NCBI GenBank assembly: GCA_003210235.1
Contig: QCVV01000001.1
Coordinates: forward strand, 507 to 64,506
From: Prochlorococcus sp. AG-686-O05
GTDB taxonomy: Bacteria; Cyanobacteriota; Cyanobacteriia; PCC-6307; Cyanobiaceae
DNA length: 64,000 nt
Reading direction: 5' to 3'
Shown here: positions 10,824 through 21,346 of the stretch, piece after piece
How positions within the stretch are numbered: the first letter of the stretch is position 1
Layout: the number at the start of each line of letters is the position of its first letter
The notes under the pieces: generated by a model
The model's database searches: none
Told to the model about the DNA's origin: nothing
What the model saw: only the letters and a program-made list of their open reading frames with translations
Program-made: the position numbers and the translations under genes

Positions 10824-11597
10824 TTAAAGAATTAATTTGAGATCATTACGCCATTGACTAAGAATTGAAGTTGCATTAACAGTAGCTGTTGAAGTTCTTA
10901 AAATAGTTTCTGAATGTTTTACAAAGGCAATTTTATGTTTTATAAAAAATTCAATTTCAACTTTGGACCATCCTCCTTCCGGTCCAATCACATTCCATAA
11001 AACTTCTCCTTTTTTATCCAAAAGATTTTGCTTTTTTTTTAACCAATGATTAAAATTATCAGAACTATCATCTCTTGTAACAGATACTGAAATAATATCT
11101 TTATTTTCTATAGAATTTATCCAGTCGAATACATTAATGTCACTCAAAATATATGGTCTCCATAATCTCTCACATTGTTCAACAGCTTCATTAATAATAG
11201 AATCCCATCTTATAAGTTTATTTGAGAAGTTGGTATACTTCTTAACCTGTCTATCTGAATTCAAAGGTTGTATAAAATCAATTCCTATTTCAGTACACAT
11301 TTTCAGAATATCTTCAAAACCATTTTTAGGGATAACAACAGCTATTCCTAATAAAATTTTTTCTTTTTCTTGAAATAAATAAGGATTATTAATATTGTTT
11401 ATCTTTATAAAATTGTCCTCTAAGTTTATAGCTTTCCATAATGAACCTTGGCCATTAGTGATAAATATTTCTTTACCAATTTTTATTCGCATTACTTTAT
11501 TTATATAGCGCGCTTCATTATTTGTAAGTTTTAAATTATTATTCTTGTTATTAATTATTCTTTCATTCTGTATAAATAATCTTGTTAAATCATCCAT
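10824..11597 (-). CDS. rsmE: 16S rRNA m3U1498 methyltransferase
   Basis: EAVEQCER, IGPEGG and ILRTSTA SPOUT motifs. Confidence 0.9.
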   Translation of the reverse strand: MDDLTRLFIQNERIINNKNNNLKLTNNEARYINKVMRIKIGKEIFITNGQGSLWKAINLEDNFIKINNINNPYLFQEKEKILLGIAVVIPKNGFEDILKMCTEIGIDFIQPLNSDRQVKKYTNFSNKLIRWDSIINEAVEQCERLWRPYILSDINVFDWINSIENKDIISVSVTRDDSSDNFNHWLKKKQNLLDKKGEVLWNVIGPEGGWSKVEIEFFIKHKIAFVKHSETILRTSTATVNATSILSQWRNDLKLIL

Positions 11598-11606
11598 ATA
11601 TATAAA

Positions 11607-12050
11607 TCAATTTTTAAAAACCAAATCTTCATGTTCTTCAATCGACCAATCACTATTTTCTCCCCCGATTATTAATTCATCAATTTTTACATAATTATTA
11701 GATATCTCATCTAACGCATTTATTAAAATATCAATAGAAAGGGAATCTGAAGTCCCAAAATCAACCCAACTTCTTGACCACAAATTTTGATATTCCATAA
11801 CTCCTAAATTATGCATCAAGGCAGGTAGGGTAGATTCTTTTTGTTCATTATCGTATGACATCCAACTTAAATCGGAACCCTCTTCATGAGTTTGTAAATT
11901 TTCAGAATTAAAACCGCCTAACCTTCCTAAAACATACCAACTATCAAAAACTCCATCTAAGTAGTTTTTTTCTGCTTCAGTAGGTATTTCAAAGAATTTT
12001 ATCCAAATCCAACAATTAAAAGGATCAACTTCCCTAAATACGATATTCAT
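11607..12050 (-). CDS. DUF3531-like cyanobacterial protein
   Basis: SWYVLGRLGGFNSENLQ and DFGTSD motifs. Confidence 0.75.
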   Translation of the reverse strand: MNIVFREVDPFNCWIWIKFFEIPTEAEKNYLDGVFDSWYVLGRLGGFNSENLQTHEEGSDLSWMSYDNEQKESTLPALMHNLGVMEYQNLWSRSWVDFGTSDSLSIDILINALDEISNNYVKIDELIIGGENSDWSIEEHEDLVFKN

Positions 12051-12135
12051 TTTTACTGTTATTTTTTTTTAGATCTATAGTTATTATAAGTTGATAATTC
12101 AAAGTTTAAATTTTATACCAACAACTAAATTAATA

Positions 12136-12783
12136 ATGCTTGATTTAAAAGACATTACTTATCAACCTCAAACAGGAAATAAAAAAATAATAGATGGTAT
12201 TAGTTTCAATCTTCATGAAAATGAAATTATATTAATTTGTGGTAAAAGTGGTTCGGGGAAAACTACTCTATTGGAAATAATGAGTGGACTAATTACTCCT
12301 CAGAAAGGAAAGATTACTTGGAAAAATAAAAATATCACTGCAAGGCAAAGAAGATGGATAAGTGGAGTAGTATTCCAATTCCCAGAAAGATACTTTTTAG
12401 GAACAACCATTGGAAAAGAATTAAAAATTGGTTATAAATCATTGAGAGAAAAAAATATAGAGCAAGTTTTAAAAAAAGTTGGGCTATCAGATATTAATCT
12501 TACTCAACCTCCTGAAAAATTAAGTGGTGGTCAACAGAGAAGATTAGCTGTAGCAGTTCAACTAATGAGAAATCCAACTATCCTTTTACTTGACGAACCA
12601 ACTGCTGGGCTTGATTGGTCAATGAAAAATGATGTTAAGAATTTAGTTCTCAATCTCAAAAATAAAAATACAATAATTATCGTTACTCATGAACCCTCAT
12701 TATTTGAGGGGATACCGTCTAAAATATTAGTTCTTGAACAAGGAAAGATTAAGGAATTAACGAAAGAAAATTATGGGGGATAA
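12136..12783 (+). CDS. ABC transporter ATP-binding protein (CbiO/EcfA-like)
   Basis: [19 protein letters not shown] and LDEP motifs. ATG 12136 is preferred as start. Confidence 0.88.
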   Translation: MLDLKDITYQPQTGNKKIIDGISFNLHENEIILICGKSGSGKTTLLEIMSGLITPQKGKITWKNKNITARQRRWISGVVFQFPERYFLGTTIGKELKIGYKSLREKNIEQVLKKVGLSDINLTQPPEKLSGGQQRRLAVAVQLMRNPTILLLDEPTAGLDWSMKNDVKNLVLNLKNKNTIIIVTHEPSLFEGIPSKILVLEQGKIKELTKENYGG

Positions 12784-13675
12784 AATTGTACGCGCAACTG
12801 CGGCTAATGGTGGAATAAGGTTAGTTGCGGTATTAACAACAGATGCATCAATGGAAGCGAAAGAAAGGCATGGATTGTCTTATCTAACTACCTCTATTCT
12901 AGGGAGAGCTTTCAGCGCCTCTCTTCTTTTAGCAAGTTCGATGAAAGTAATGCATGGGAGAGTCACTTTAAGAGTAAGATCTGATGGACCTTTAAAGGGA
13001 TTACTTGTGGATGCGGGTAGAGATGGGAAAGTTAGAGGTTATGTAGGAAATCCTAATTTGGAATTAGATTTAGTCAAAACCAAGTCAAATCAATATTCAT
13101 TTGATTTCACCAAAGCATTAGGGACAGGCTATTTAAATGTTATTCGGGATAATGGTTTTGGAGAACCTTTTACCAGTACTGTTGAATTAGTTAATGGAAA
13201 TATTGCTGAAGATTTAGCATCTTATTTATATCATTCTGAGCAGACTCCTTCTGCTGTATTTATTGGGGAAAAGATTCAAAATAAAAATATTATTTCTAGC
13301 GGAGGATTGTTAGCTCAAGTTTTGCCAAAAAAAGAAACTGATCCCTTATTAGTTTCGCGGCTCGAAGAAAGATGTAAAGAAATTAATTCTTTTAGTGAAG
13401 ACTTATTTAAATCAAAAGATAATCTTCTTTCACTAATAAAAAATATATTTCCAGATATTGACGATAAATCAATTTCCGAGAAAGCTCGAACTCAAGAAGT
13501 TAGATTTGAATGTAGGTGCTCTAGACAGAGAAGTTTAAATGCAATGAAAATGCTTGATAAAAAAGAGTTAGAAGATATTTTAATTAAAGAAGGAAAAGCT
13601 GAATTAGTTTGCGAATTCTGTAAGAATAAATATCTTATAAATTCTGAAGAGATTAGAGAGATGATTAAAAATTAA
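12773..13675 (+). CDS. hslO: Hsp33 redox-regulated chaperone
   Basis: SEQTPS and C-terminal CRCS...CEFC zinc motif. Confidence 0.95.
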   Translation: MGDKIVRATAANGGIRLVAVLTTDASMEAKERHGLSYLTTSILGRAFSASLLLASSMKVMHGRVTLRVRSDGPLKGLLVDAGRDGKVRGYVGNPNLELDLVKTKSNQYSFDFTKALGTGYLNVIRDNGFGEPFTSTVELVNGNIAEDLASYLYHSEQTPSAVFIGEKIQNKNIISSGGLLAQVLPKKETDPLLVSRLEERCKEINSFSEDLFKSKDNLLSLIKNIFPDIDDKSISEKARTQEVRFECRCSRQRSLNAMKMLDKKELEDILIKEGKAELVCEFCKNKYLINSEEIREMIKN

Positions 13676-13676
13676 T

Positions 13677-14351
13677 TTAAAGGAATATTACTCCTATCCA
13701 CAAAATTATCATCGCTGGTAAACTTTGAATTTTTTGAATTGATAAAGAGTTATTAGATATTTCCTGAATAAATGAGTTAGTTTCAAATAAACCTCCAAAT
13801 ATTAATCCTATTGAAAGAAATGTCACACTCCATCCAAGAGAACTAATAAACTTTTTACCTGATTTAATTTGAATATAAGTAAGGATTAAAGTTGAAATAG
13901 AAAGCAGAAGTCTATTGTAAGAATCAGGACTTATTAAAAGTATTATCAAAAATAATAATCCAACAGATAATTTGATTGAAAGATTATCAAAAGATGGTGG
14001 GGTTATTTTGGGAAGGCTATACTCGTTTGACTTGTTACCATTATTATTTAAATTTTTTATTTTTGATAAAAGCGGGAAATCATTATTAATGAGTTTGTTA
14101 ATTTGTTTCTCTTTCTTAGACGCATTTTGAGCTTCGAAACTAACATTCCCTGACTGCCTTGCTTTCAAACTACCCATTAACAATTGATCAAAAGATGATT
14201 CTATTTTTGCCTTAAGTAGTAGATCTTCTCCAGCCTCTTTAACTTTAAGATCTCTTGCTTTTTGTATATCTTCAAAATCGGCACCCTCGTCAATACCTAA
14301 TATTTCATAGGGAGTTTTATCGGGATTATTTTTGCTTTTATTTGAATCCAA
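13677..14351 (-). CDS. CPP1-like (DUF3353) J-like membrane protein
   Basis: PYEILGI..GADFEDIQKAR J-like start and C-terminal TM helices. Confidence 0.78.
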   Translation of the reverse strand: MDSNKSKNNPDKTPYEILGIDEGADFEDIQKARDLKVKEAGEDLLLKAKIESSFDQLLMGSLKARQSGNVSFEAQNASKKEKQINKLINNDFPLLSKIKNLNNNGNKSNEYSLPKITPPSFDNLSIKLSVGLLFLIILLISPDSYNRLLLSISTLILTYIQIKSGKKFISSLGWSVTFLSIGLIFGGLFETNSFIQEISNNSLSIQKIQSLPAMIILWIGVIFL

Positions 14352-14402
14352 TTGTTTTTTACGATATTTATAGATTAACTAATTTTATTATCCAATAGGA
14401 CT

Positions 14403-16040
14403 TTATAAAACAATTGGTTCCACTCCACTAACAACAGGTGCTACTTTTTTTAAATCTAAATTCTCATTATCTTCAATAAATTGATTAAGATTCCACTGAT
14501 TTTTAAAAAGAATCACTGGCCTGTTCCAGCAATCCTTTACTACTTTGCAATTAAAGATCCTTCCTAATTCGTCAATAGCTGACCATCCATCTGTAACCCA
14601 TCGTGCCAATTGGTATGGCATAGATTCAAGATTGGCATCTACACCATATTCATTTTTTAATCTATGAATAACTACTTCCAACTGTAATTGTCCAACAGCT
14701 GCAAGGATAGGATCTCTTTTGCTCTCATCAAAGTCATAAAGTATTTGAACAGCACCTTCCTCACGAAGTTCGTTTACTCCCTTCCTAAAGTTTTTAAATG
14801 CTGAAGGGTTTGGATTTCTAAGCCAACTAAATATTTCAGGACTAAAGGAGGGTATACCCTCATATTCAAGATGAGTGCCTGTATATAAAGTATCTCCGAT
14901 AGAAAACATTCCAGGGTTATTAAGTCCAATTACATCACCAGGATAGGCATCATCAACTACTTCTCTTTCTTGACCAAATATTTTCTGAGGTCGAGATAAT
15001 CTAATAGTTCTTCCTGTTCTAGAGTGTTTGACTGACATATCCTTTTCAAATTTTCCACTACAAACTCTTATAAAAGCAACTCTATCTCTATGCTTTGGAT
15101 CCATATTTGCCTGTAACTTAAATACGAAACCGCTAAATTCATCGCTCGCAGGCTCAATATCTCCTTTATTACTGTTTCTTGAAGTTGGTTTTTGAGCCAT
15201 TTTTAAAAAACTATCTAAAAAGGGTCTTACCCCAAAATTTGTCATCGCCGAGCCGAAGAAAACAGGAGTAAGTGAACCATTAAAAATTTCTTCTTTTTCT
15301 AATTTCGAACCTGCCTCATCAAGGACCTCGAGCTCTTCAAGAGAGATATCAAGTAATTCTTTCTCTACATATTTTGAAAGTTCTTTATCATCTAAACTCA
15401 TTCTTTTCTCATTTGACTGTTTCCCTCTAACAGCTTTATCAAATAAAATAACTTCTCTTGTAAATCTATCAATAACTCCTCTAAATTCCTCACCTATACC
15501 AATCGGCCAATTAACCGGCAAAGTATTTAAACCAAGCTCTGATTCAATTTCATCAAGCAAAGAAAAAGGTTCTCTGCCTGGTCTATCCATCTTGTTAATA
15601 AAAGTAAAAATAGGTATTTTTCTCATTCTGCATACCTCAAATAATTTTCTTGTTTGAGGTTCTAATCCTTTAGCGGCATCTTCAAGCATTACAGCATTAT
15701 CTGCGGCAGCTAAGGTTCTATATGTATCTTCAGAAAAATCTTTGTGACCTGGAGTATCCAAAAGATTTATTACTGATCTTTCATATTCAAACTGCAAAAC
15801 AGTTGAAGTAATTGAAATACCTCTTTGTTTTTCAAGTTCCATCCAATCAGAAGTTGCTTTCCTTTGATTACCTCTTGCTTTTACTGCCCCTGCTTGCTGT
15901 ATAGCGCCTCCATACAAAAGAAGTTTTTCAGTGAGAGTTGTTTTACCAGCATCAGGATGTGAAATAATCGCAAAGTTCCTTCTTTTATTTACTGCCTCTA
16001 AGATATTTTTATTATTAAAGTTTTTAGTACTTGAACTCAT
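14403..16040 (-). CDS. prfC: Peptide chain release factor 3
   Basis: [17 protein letters not shown] and [13 protein letters not shown] motifs. Confidence 0.97.
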   Translation of the reverse strand: MSSSTKNFNNKNILEAVNKRRNFAIISHPDAGKTTLTEKLLLYGGAIQQAGAVKARGNQRKATSDWMELEKQRGISITSTVLQFEYERSVINLLDTPGHKDFSEDTYRTLAAADNAVMLEDAAKGLEPQTRKLFEVCRMRKIPIFTFINKMDRPGREPFSLLDEIESELGLNTLPVNWPIGIGEEFRGVIDRFTREVILFDKAVRGKQSNEKRMSLDDKELSKYVEKELLDISLEELEVLDEAGSKLEKEEIFNGSLTPVFFGSAMTNFGVRPFLDSFLKMAQKPTSRNSNKGDIEPASDEFSGFVFKLQANMDPKHRDRVAFIRVCSGKFEKDMSVKHSRTGRTIRLSRPQKIFGQEREVVDDAYPGDVIGLNNPGMFSIGDTLYTGTHLEYEGIPSFSPEIFSWLRNPNPSAFKNFRKGVNELREEGAVQILYDFDESKRDPILAAVGQLQLEVVIHRLKNEYGVDANLESMPYQLARWVTDGWSAIDELGRIFNCKVVKDCWNRPVILFKNQWNLNQFIEDNENLDLKKVAPVVSGVEPIVL

Positions 16041-16069
16041 TAAATTCTATTTTAACAATTCCACTAAGT

Positions 16070-16765
16070 CTAAACCTTACCATAAATGACTAAATATTGA
16101 TCACCTTCTTCGAATACTTCTAAAGAGGATAATTTATTCTCAAAAATAAAATCTTTTAATTCTTTTGAAGTGTAAGAAGCCTTTAATGATGCGTAATAAT
16201 CATTAGTCAAAATTTCGTTATATTTCTCCCCACATTTTTCTTTTAAATATAAGGCTGATTGTTTATCAATCGGTCTTTTCAGATCTTTATGAAAATTTAT
16301 CGTCAAATCACTTGATAATCTCTTTATGCAATTAAAAAAATCATCTAGATAAGTAATATGGTGAATTAGACTGTTGCTTACTAATAAACTTATATTTTTT
16401 TCGAAAGAAATATCACTTGATTTAAGGCTTTTTATATCTGCACAAATGTAACTCAAATTTTTTAATCGACTCCTACTTAAGGAATTCTTTTTATTTAACT
16501 CAGCTATTCGAATCATCTCTTTGGAGCCATCAATACCAATAACATTGGCATTAGGCCATTTAGTTGATAACTTTTCAGAAATATTGCCAGGTCCGCATCC
16601 TAAATCAACAATTAATTCTTTTTCACTCAAATGAATATTATTTTTAATCAAGTAATGATTTATTTGACTAATAAGATTATTCTCTCCCTCTGAAAAGTCA
16701 GCTTTAGCATAAGAATCAACTTGGTCTTGTCTTTCCATTAATTCAGGTTCAACAGTTCTTTCCAT
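16070..16765 (-). CDS. Class I SAM-dependent methyltransferase
   Basis: VDLGCGPG motif I. Confidence 0.85.
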   Translation of the reverse strand: MERTVEPELMERQDQVDSYAKADFSEGENNLISQINHYLIKNNIHLSEKELIVDLGCGPGNISEKLSTKWPNANVIGIDGSKEMIRIAELNKKNSLSRSRLKNLSYICADIKSLKSSDISFEKNISLLVSNSLIHHITYLDDFFNCIKRLSSDLTINFHKDLKRPIDKQSALYLKEKCGEKYNEILTNDYYASLKASYTSKELKDFIFENKLSSLEVFEEGDQYLVIYGKV

Positions 16766-16810
16766 AAACTTCCGTGAACAAAGATTTCATAATAAACATA
16801 TTTTTACACA

Positions 16811-16857
16811 AACCGTTAAATAGTGGTAAGAATAGTTGCAGACGCCACAGGTAGAGT
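16811..16857 (+). promoter_or_regulatory. Tandem NrdR-box-like sites upstream of nrdJ
   Basis: AACCGTTAAATAGTGG (16811) and ACGCCACAGGTAGAGT (16842) partly match acaCwAtATaTwGtgt and lie 31 bp apart, the usual tandem spacing. Confidence 0.55.
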
Positions 16858-16897
16858 TATTCTTCCTATACGGGTAAATTTACATACTTTTTTTATC

Positions 16898-19231
16898 GTG
16901 ACAATTGCACCAAATAAAGCTTCCTCCGAGAGCAATTCTAATAATCTTAGAAAAGATGACTTTCCAAAAACAGCTCCTGCTGCTTATCCTGTCTTCTTTA
17001 GGTCATATAGCAGAAAGACAGTTTCCGGGAAAAGAGAAAATTGGAGTGAAGTTGGAGAAAGAAATTTATCTGGATTAAAAGAATTAGGAAAACTCTCTGA
17101 TCAAGAATTGATGTTAATGAGAGAAATGCAGAGCAACCAAAAGGCTCAACCATCTGGAAGATGGTTATGGATCGGAGGGACCCCATGGATTAATAAAAAC
17201 CAGAATTTTTCAGGAGCGTATAATTGTACATCGACAAATTTAATTGACTGGGAAGCTTTTGCCTTAATGATGGATTTAGCAATGATGGGTTGCGGCACAG
17301 GAGCAATAATAGAGCCCCATTTTATAAATAAGCTTCCAACAGTAAAAAATAAAATAACTATTAAATCAGTAAGCGAAGTAGGAATAACTCCTAAAGACCA
17401 AAGGAACGAAAAGTCTTCTTTAGAAATTAAAGGCAAAGATATTTTTATAAAAGTTGGGGACAGCAGAAGAGGCTGGGTAGATAGTTATAAATATCTTCTT
17501 GAAGCATCAAGCAATAAAAGTCTTGAGAAAGAAGTTAATGTTCATATTGACTTAGAGGATATTAGGCCAGCAGGAGAATCATTAAAAGGTTTTGGAGGTA
17601 TGGCGAATCCTATTAAATTAAAGGATCTGTACGCTCGAGTTGCATCTCTTTTAGGAAAAGCAATTGGTAGAAAGCTAAATACAGTAGAGTGTTGCTTACT
17701 AATCGACGAGGCGGCTGTAACAATAGTTGCAGGCAATATAAGAAGAAGTGCAGGTATGAGGCAGTTTGCATCTAATGACAAAGAAGCAGCATCAGCTAAA
17801 GAGAATCTATGGAGTCAAGACGAAGACGGTAATTGGAGAATCGATCCCGAAAAGGACGCTCTTAGAATGGCAAATCATACAAGGGTTTATCATACAAAGC
17901 CCTCTTATCAAACAATTCTGGATGCTGTAACCAAGCAATTCCATTCAGGTGAAGGAGCAATTCAATTTGCACCAGAAGCAATAGCAAGATCAAATGCAGA
18001 TATTTTGAACGAAGAAGATCTCAAAAATGAATTCATAGAAATATATTCAGAACAAGGTAAAGAAGAAGCAAGAAAATGGATTAATCTTAATTACGGACCT
18101 TTTTCTGAAGAAGAACTAGATCATAGAATGAGTAGATATGGACTTAATCCTTGCGGAGAAATATTAGGCAACGATTTTCATTGTAACTTGGCCGAAGTTC
18201 ACCTAAATCAGATTGACCCTGAAAATATTGAAGAACAAAAAAAAGCTTTTAAAGCTGCAGCACTTTCAGTAGCATGTTTGCTAAATCATGAATTTGAAGT
18301 TGAGAGATATAGAAAAAGCAGGGAGTATGATCCTATTGTGGGTGTTAGTTTTACAGGATTATTTGATTTCTGTGTACATGCCTTTGGAACCCCTTGGTTA
18401 AAATGGTGGGAGGCTGGGAGACCTGATAACGATGAAGGAAAAGAATTTAAAAAGCAAGAAGCTAAATTCTTAGATTCATGGAGAAAAACTGTAAAAGAAA
18501 CTGTTTGGGAATACTGCGACAAACATAATCTCAGAAGACCTAATAGGTGCACAACAGTTCAACCTGCCGGCACCAAAAGTCTTTTAACAGGGGCAGCTCC
18601 TGGATGGCATCCACCTAAAGCACAAAGATTTTTAAGAAGAATAACTTTCAGAAAGAACGATCCTATTGCTTTAGCTTGTATGGATTATGGTTACTCTGTT
18701 GTTCCATCTCAATCTGACAAAGACGAGAAAGGCTGCTTGCTTGATAATCCATTTGATCCAAGATGTACTGAATGGCTAGTTGAAATACCAACTGAAGTAA
18801 GTTGGGCCAATATAGAAGGAGCAGATCAAATAGATATAAATAACTTCTCTGCCCTTGCACAATTCGATTTTTACATGCAAGTTCAAAAGTTTTATACAGA
18901 ACATAATACTTCTGCAACAGTAGAATTCAGAGAGAGTGAAATTGAAGACTTAGCAAAAGCAATACATAGTGCAATAGAAAATAACGAAGGTTATATTTCT
19001 GCAGCATTATTAGCTCGTTTCAGTGCAAATGCTACATTTCCAAGATTACCTTTTGAACCTATAAGCAAAGAGGAATATTTATCTTTGCAGGAAAAAGTAA
19101 CTGAAAGGAAAGTAAATAATGATTTCTTTGATGCACTTAATAAATATGATATTGGAGAACTCTCCGAAGCAGGTCCAGCTGGTTGTGATTCAGATAAGTG
19201 TTTACTTCCGTTAGCCAAACCAGAAAATTAA
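16898..19231 (+). CDS. nrdJ: Class II (adenosylcobalamin-dependent) ribonucleotide reductase
   Basis: AYNC, GNIRRSA, NPCGE, TTVQPAGT and C-terminal CDSDKC motifs. GTG 16898 is preferred over 16823. Confidence 0.93.
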   Translation: MTIAPNKASSESNSNNLRKDDFPKTAPAAYPVFFRSYSRKTVSGKRENWSEVGERNLSGLKELGKLSDQELMLMREMQSNQKAQPSGRWLWIGGTPWINKNQNFSGAYNCTSTNLIDWEAFALMMDLAMMGCGTGAIIEPHFINKLPTVKNKITIKSVSEVGITPKDQRNEKSSLEIKGKDIFIKVGDSRRGWVDSYKYLLEASSNKSLEKEVNVHIDLEDIRPAGESLKGFGGMANPIKLKDLYARVASLLGKAIGRKLNTVECCLLIDEAAVTIVAGNIRRSAGMRQFASNDKEAASAKENLWSQDEDGNWRIDPEKDALRMANHTRVYHTKPSYQTILDAVTKQFHSGEGAIQFAPEAIARSNADILNEEDLKNEFIEIYSEQGKEEARKWINLNYGPFSEEELDHRMSRYGLNPCGEILGNDFHCNLAEVHLNQIDPENIEEQKKAFKAAALSVACLLNHEFEVERYRKSREYDPIVGVSFTGLFDFCVHAFGTPWLKWWEAGRPDNDEGKEFKKQEAKFLDSWRKTVKETVWEYCDKHNLRRPNRCTTVQPAGTKSLLTGAAPGWHPPKAQRFLRRITFRKNDPIALACMDYGYSVVPSQSDKDEKGCLLDNPFDPRCTEWLVEIPTEVSWANIEGADQIDINNFSALAQFDFYMQVQKFYTEHNTSATVEFRESEIEDLAKAIHSAIENNEGYISAALLARFSANATFPRLPFEPISKEEYLSLQEKVTERKVNNDFFDALNKYDIGELSEAGPAGCDSDKCLLPLAKPEN

Positions 19232-19311
19232 ATATTAAATTATTTGTAAATTTTGGAAGTTTTTGTTTATAGAAATTCAATTTATAGCTACATCTTAAGT
19301 AGGTATATAAA

Positions 19312-19575
19312 TTGACTATGACATTAAGCTTAAATATTGGTAATTTTTTTAATGATTCATCCACTCATGCTTTAGTTGACGAGCTCAGGAAAAGAAACAC
19401 AGAAGAATCAATTTTAGAATTTGAAGAGAAATTTAACTCTACCAACGAAAAAAATCTACATATTTACATATGTAGATTCCTAAAAAATAGATCTATATCA
19501 CGAGCGTTAGCTTCAAAGTGGCTAATTACAATGATTAACGACAAAGAGTCAAAAATTAATTCCCTGAAAAATTAG
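19312..19575 (+). CDS. Hypothetical protein
   Basis: 87-aa ORF with typical composition; start may be ATG 19318. Confidence 0.7.
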   Translation: MTMTLSLNIGNFFNDSSTHALVDELRKRNTEESILEFEEKFNSTNEKNLHIYICRFLKNRSISRALASKWLITMINDKESKINSLKN

Positions 19576-19579
19576 ATAC

Positions 19580-19774
19580 TTAAGTTAGAGCAGAAAGCCT
19601 CCAAAGAGCTATTCCAAAAATTGAAACACCCATTATTAAAGTAAAAGCCAAGGCATTAACCACTTGAACCTTCTCAGTCATAACATTCGCAAATGGAAGT
19701 AACTGAGCATACAAAGGTTTCTCTACAACAACTGCAGCTTTTTTACTAGGAGATTTCTTGTTTCTTGAGAACAT
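19580..19774 (-). CDS. Small membrane protein
   Basis: 64 aa, basic N-terminus and one C-terminal TM helix. Confidence 0.65.
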   Translation of the reverse strand: MFSRNKKSPSKKAAVVVEKPLYAQLLPFANVMTEKVQVVNALAFTLIMGVSIFGIALWRLSALT

Positions 19775-19973
19775 AAAGCAACGTTATAATCATCTGAATT
19801 TTACATTTAAAAAGTAAAATTATTAACAATAAATAGATAAATTGAACAAAATGTAACCTGCAAAAAAATTTATTTTATTTCAAATAAAATTTCAAGAGAA
19901 AAAAACCTCAAAATAGATAATTCATGATTATAAAAATATTTCGAAAACAACTTAGACAAAAAAAATTCTTATG

Positions 19974-20002
19974 TGCTAATATAAAAATGTAGCAAAGACT
20001 AC
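19974..20002 (+). promoter_or_regulatory. Extended -10 promoter followed by an NtcA-type site
   Basis: TGCTAATAT at 19974-19982, then GTA-GCAAAGAC-TAC (GTA-N8-TAC) at 19989-20002. Confidence 0.65.
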
Positions 20003-20005
20003 CAA

Positions 20006-20075
20006 AACGTTCAACTTGTAATGATACAAGCCGCAAATCGACCTTAGCCATGGAACGGGGACTTGGGCGAAACCG
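20006..20075 (+). ncRNA. Downstream-peptide RNA motif (glutamine riboswitch, Yfr6-like leader)
   Basis: CGTTC (20008) pairs with GAACG (20053), with an internal hairpin CTTGTA-ATGA-TACAAG and GGAACGGGG. It lies directly upstream of a YRG-repeat peptide. Confidence 0.8.
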
Positions 20076-20085
20076 GAGAAAATAG

Positions 20086-20187
20086 ATGACACTTATCTAC
20101 AGAGGACAAAAATACGTCCAAAGTAAAGTAGCTGCAAAGAAACAGCATACTGAACTAACTTATAGAGGTAAATCTTACACAAGTTAA
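20086..20187 (+). CDS. DUF4278-type peptide (33 aa)
   Basis: MTLIYRGQKYVQSKVAAKKQHTELTYRGKSYTS, with two LxYRG motifs and a GGAG RBS. Confidence 0.85.
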   Translation: MTLIYRGQKYVQSKVAAKKQHTELTYRGKSYTS

Positions 20188-20203
20188 TTCTCTAAATAAC
20201 AAT

Positions 20204-20233
20204 AAAAAGGGCTACATGATGTGGCCCTTTTTT
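20204..20233. terminator. Bidirectional intrinsic terminator
   Basis: AAAAAGGGCTACA-TGA-TGTGGCCCTTTTTT between convergent small ORFs. Confidence 0.85.
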
Positions 20234-20265
20234 ATTGATTAATGTATTAGATAATAATCATGTCA

Positions 20266-20430
20266 CTAATCATCAAAAATCTTACAATGAGAATTTGTAG
20301 GATGCAAAATACATTCCTCATCCCAGTACTTATTAAAAGTGTCTTTTGGTAATTGATAATTAAAATCGTGCATCCTCCATACATCATTCAATGAATTATT
20401 GAGGATAGTAAAGGGTGTTGTAAGTTTCAT
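20266..20430 (-). CDS. CP12-like small protein (54 aa)
   Basis: MKLTTPFTILNNSLNDVWRMHDFNYQLPKDTFNKYWDEECILHPTNSHCKIFDD; C-x8-C-x2-FDD C-terminus and AAGGAAGG RBS. Confidence 0.7.
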   Translation of the reverse strand: MKLTTPFTILNNSLNDVWRMHDFNYQLPKDTFNKYWDEECILHPTNSHCKIFDD

Positions 20431-20556
20431 AACCTTCCTTTGTAACTAGCTACTCTTTAAAACGAGTTCTAATATGAAGTCAAGCGAAGAAATACTCAAT
20501 TCTTCTTTCAAACAATGATATAGGATGATTTAATATTAAACCTTAAGAGGAAAATT

Positions 20557-20706
20557 ATGACAGAGGAAAAACCTCTATTTAAAGCTCCTTATGATATTAA
20601 AGATGTAAGCGCTCTCTTTGCAATAGTAGCCTTTGTTTTAATTATTGCTGCCATAGTTGGTAATAATTTATTTGGGATATTTCAGCAAAATGTTAATTTT
20701 GGCTAA
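20557..20706 (+). CDS. Small membrane protein (49 aa)
   Basis: MTEEKPLFKAPYDIKDVSALFAIVAFVLIIAAIVGNNLFGIFQQNVNFG; AGAGG RBS and one TM helix. Confidence 0.65.
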   Translation: MTEEKPLFKAPYDIKDVSALFAIVAFVLIIAAIVGNNLFGIFQQNVNFG

Positions 20707-20943
20707 TTCATTTTGATAATAAGTAATCCAATATCATCTTCATTGAAAAAACAAGACCATATTCTTTATTTCTTTTATGAATATAAATATCGAGTAATAA
20801 CCCCCATATCCCTTTTTTGTTAAATTTTAATTGTATAGATTTATTAATAGAAACAAGTCATATCAAGCGATCTAGTATTTTTACTTATTGAAACTAATAA
20901 ATTCTTCTCATAATATAAACGGAATTTATAAAAGGTTTATTTT

Positions 20944-21048
20944 ATGAGTATTCAAAGAAGTCAGAATTATAAAAGGCAGTCAAAAAGTAATTCAGAATGG
21001 CTAGATGAAATGATTAATATCATTGATAGAATGAAAAATAAACTTTAG
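20944..21048 (+). CDS. Putative small protein (34 aa)
   Basis: MSIQRSQNYKRQSKSNSEWLDEMINIIDRMKNKL; AAGG upstream. Confidence 0.4.
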   Translation: MSIQRSQNYKRQSKSNSEWLDEMINIIDRMKNKL

Positions 21049-21060
21049 GTCGTAATCATA

Positions 21061-21207
21061 ATGGGATTCCCACATTGCCCTATTTGTGTAGCTCTAGCAT
21101 TATTCACCTTTTGTGTAGTGGTCACTCGAAGCTATATGTTCTTTTTTCTTTATAACGAGTCAGTAAAAAGCAGATCTTATCTTTTACCTATTTGGATACA
21201 AACATAA
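21061..21207 (+). CDS. Putative small CxxC membrane peptide (48 aa)
   Basis: MGFPHCPICVALALFTFCVVV...; HCPIC followed by a hydrophobic stretch. Confidence 0.45.
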   Translation: MGFPHCPICVALALFTFCVVVTRSYMFFFLYNESVKSRSYLLPIWIQT

Positions 21208-21346
21208 ATTGTTTCTCAATCCGTGCTGAATCAAAATTGGTTGATTAATATCTAATGTTCATTTTGAGCTGTTAAAAAAGCTAATAGATTATCTCAAAAC
21301 TTTTACATAAGAATACATAACTAATAAAGAACTTTGAAGTAAAACT

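Noticed and set aside
16823-16897. N-terminal extension of nrdJ in the ORF track
   Set aside because: It overlaps the putative NrdR boxes and promoter; GTG 16898 is the more plausible start.
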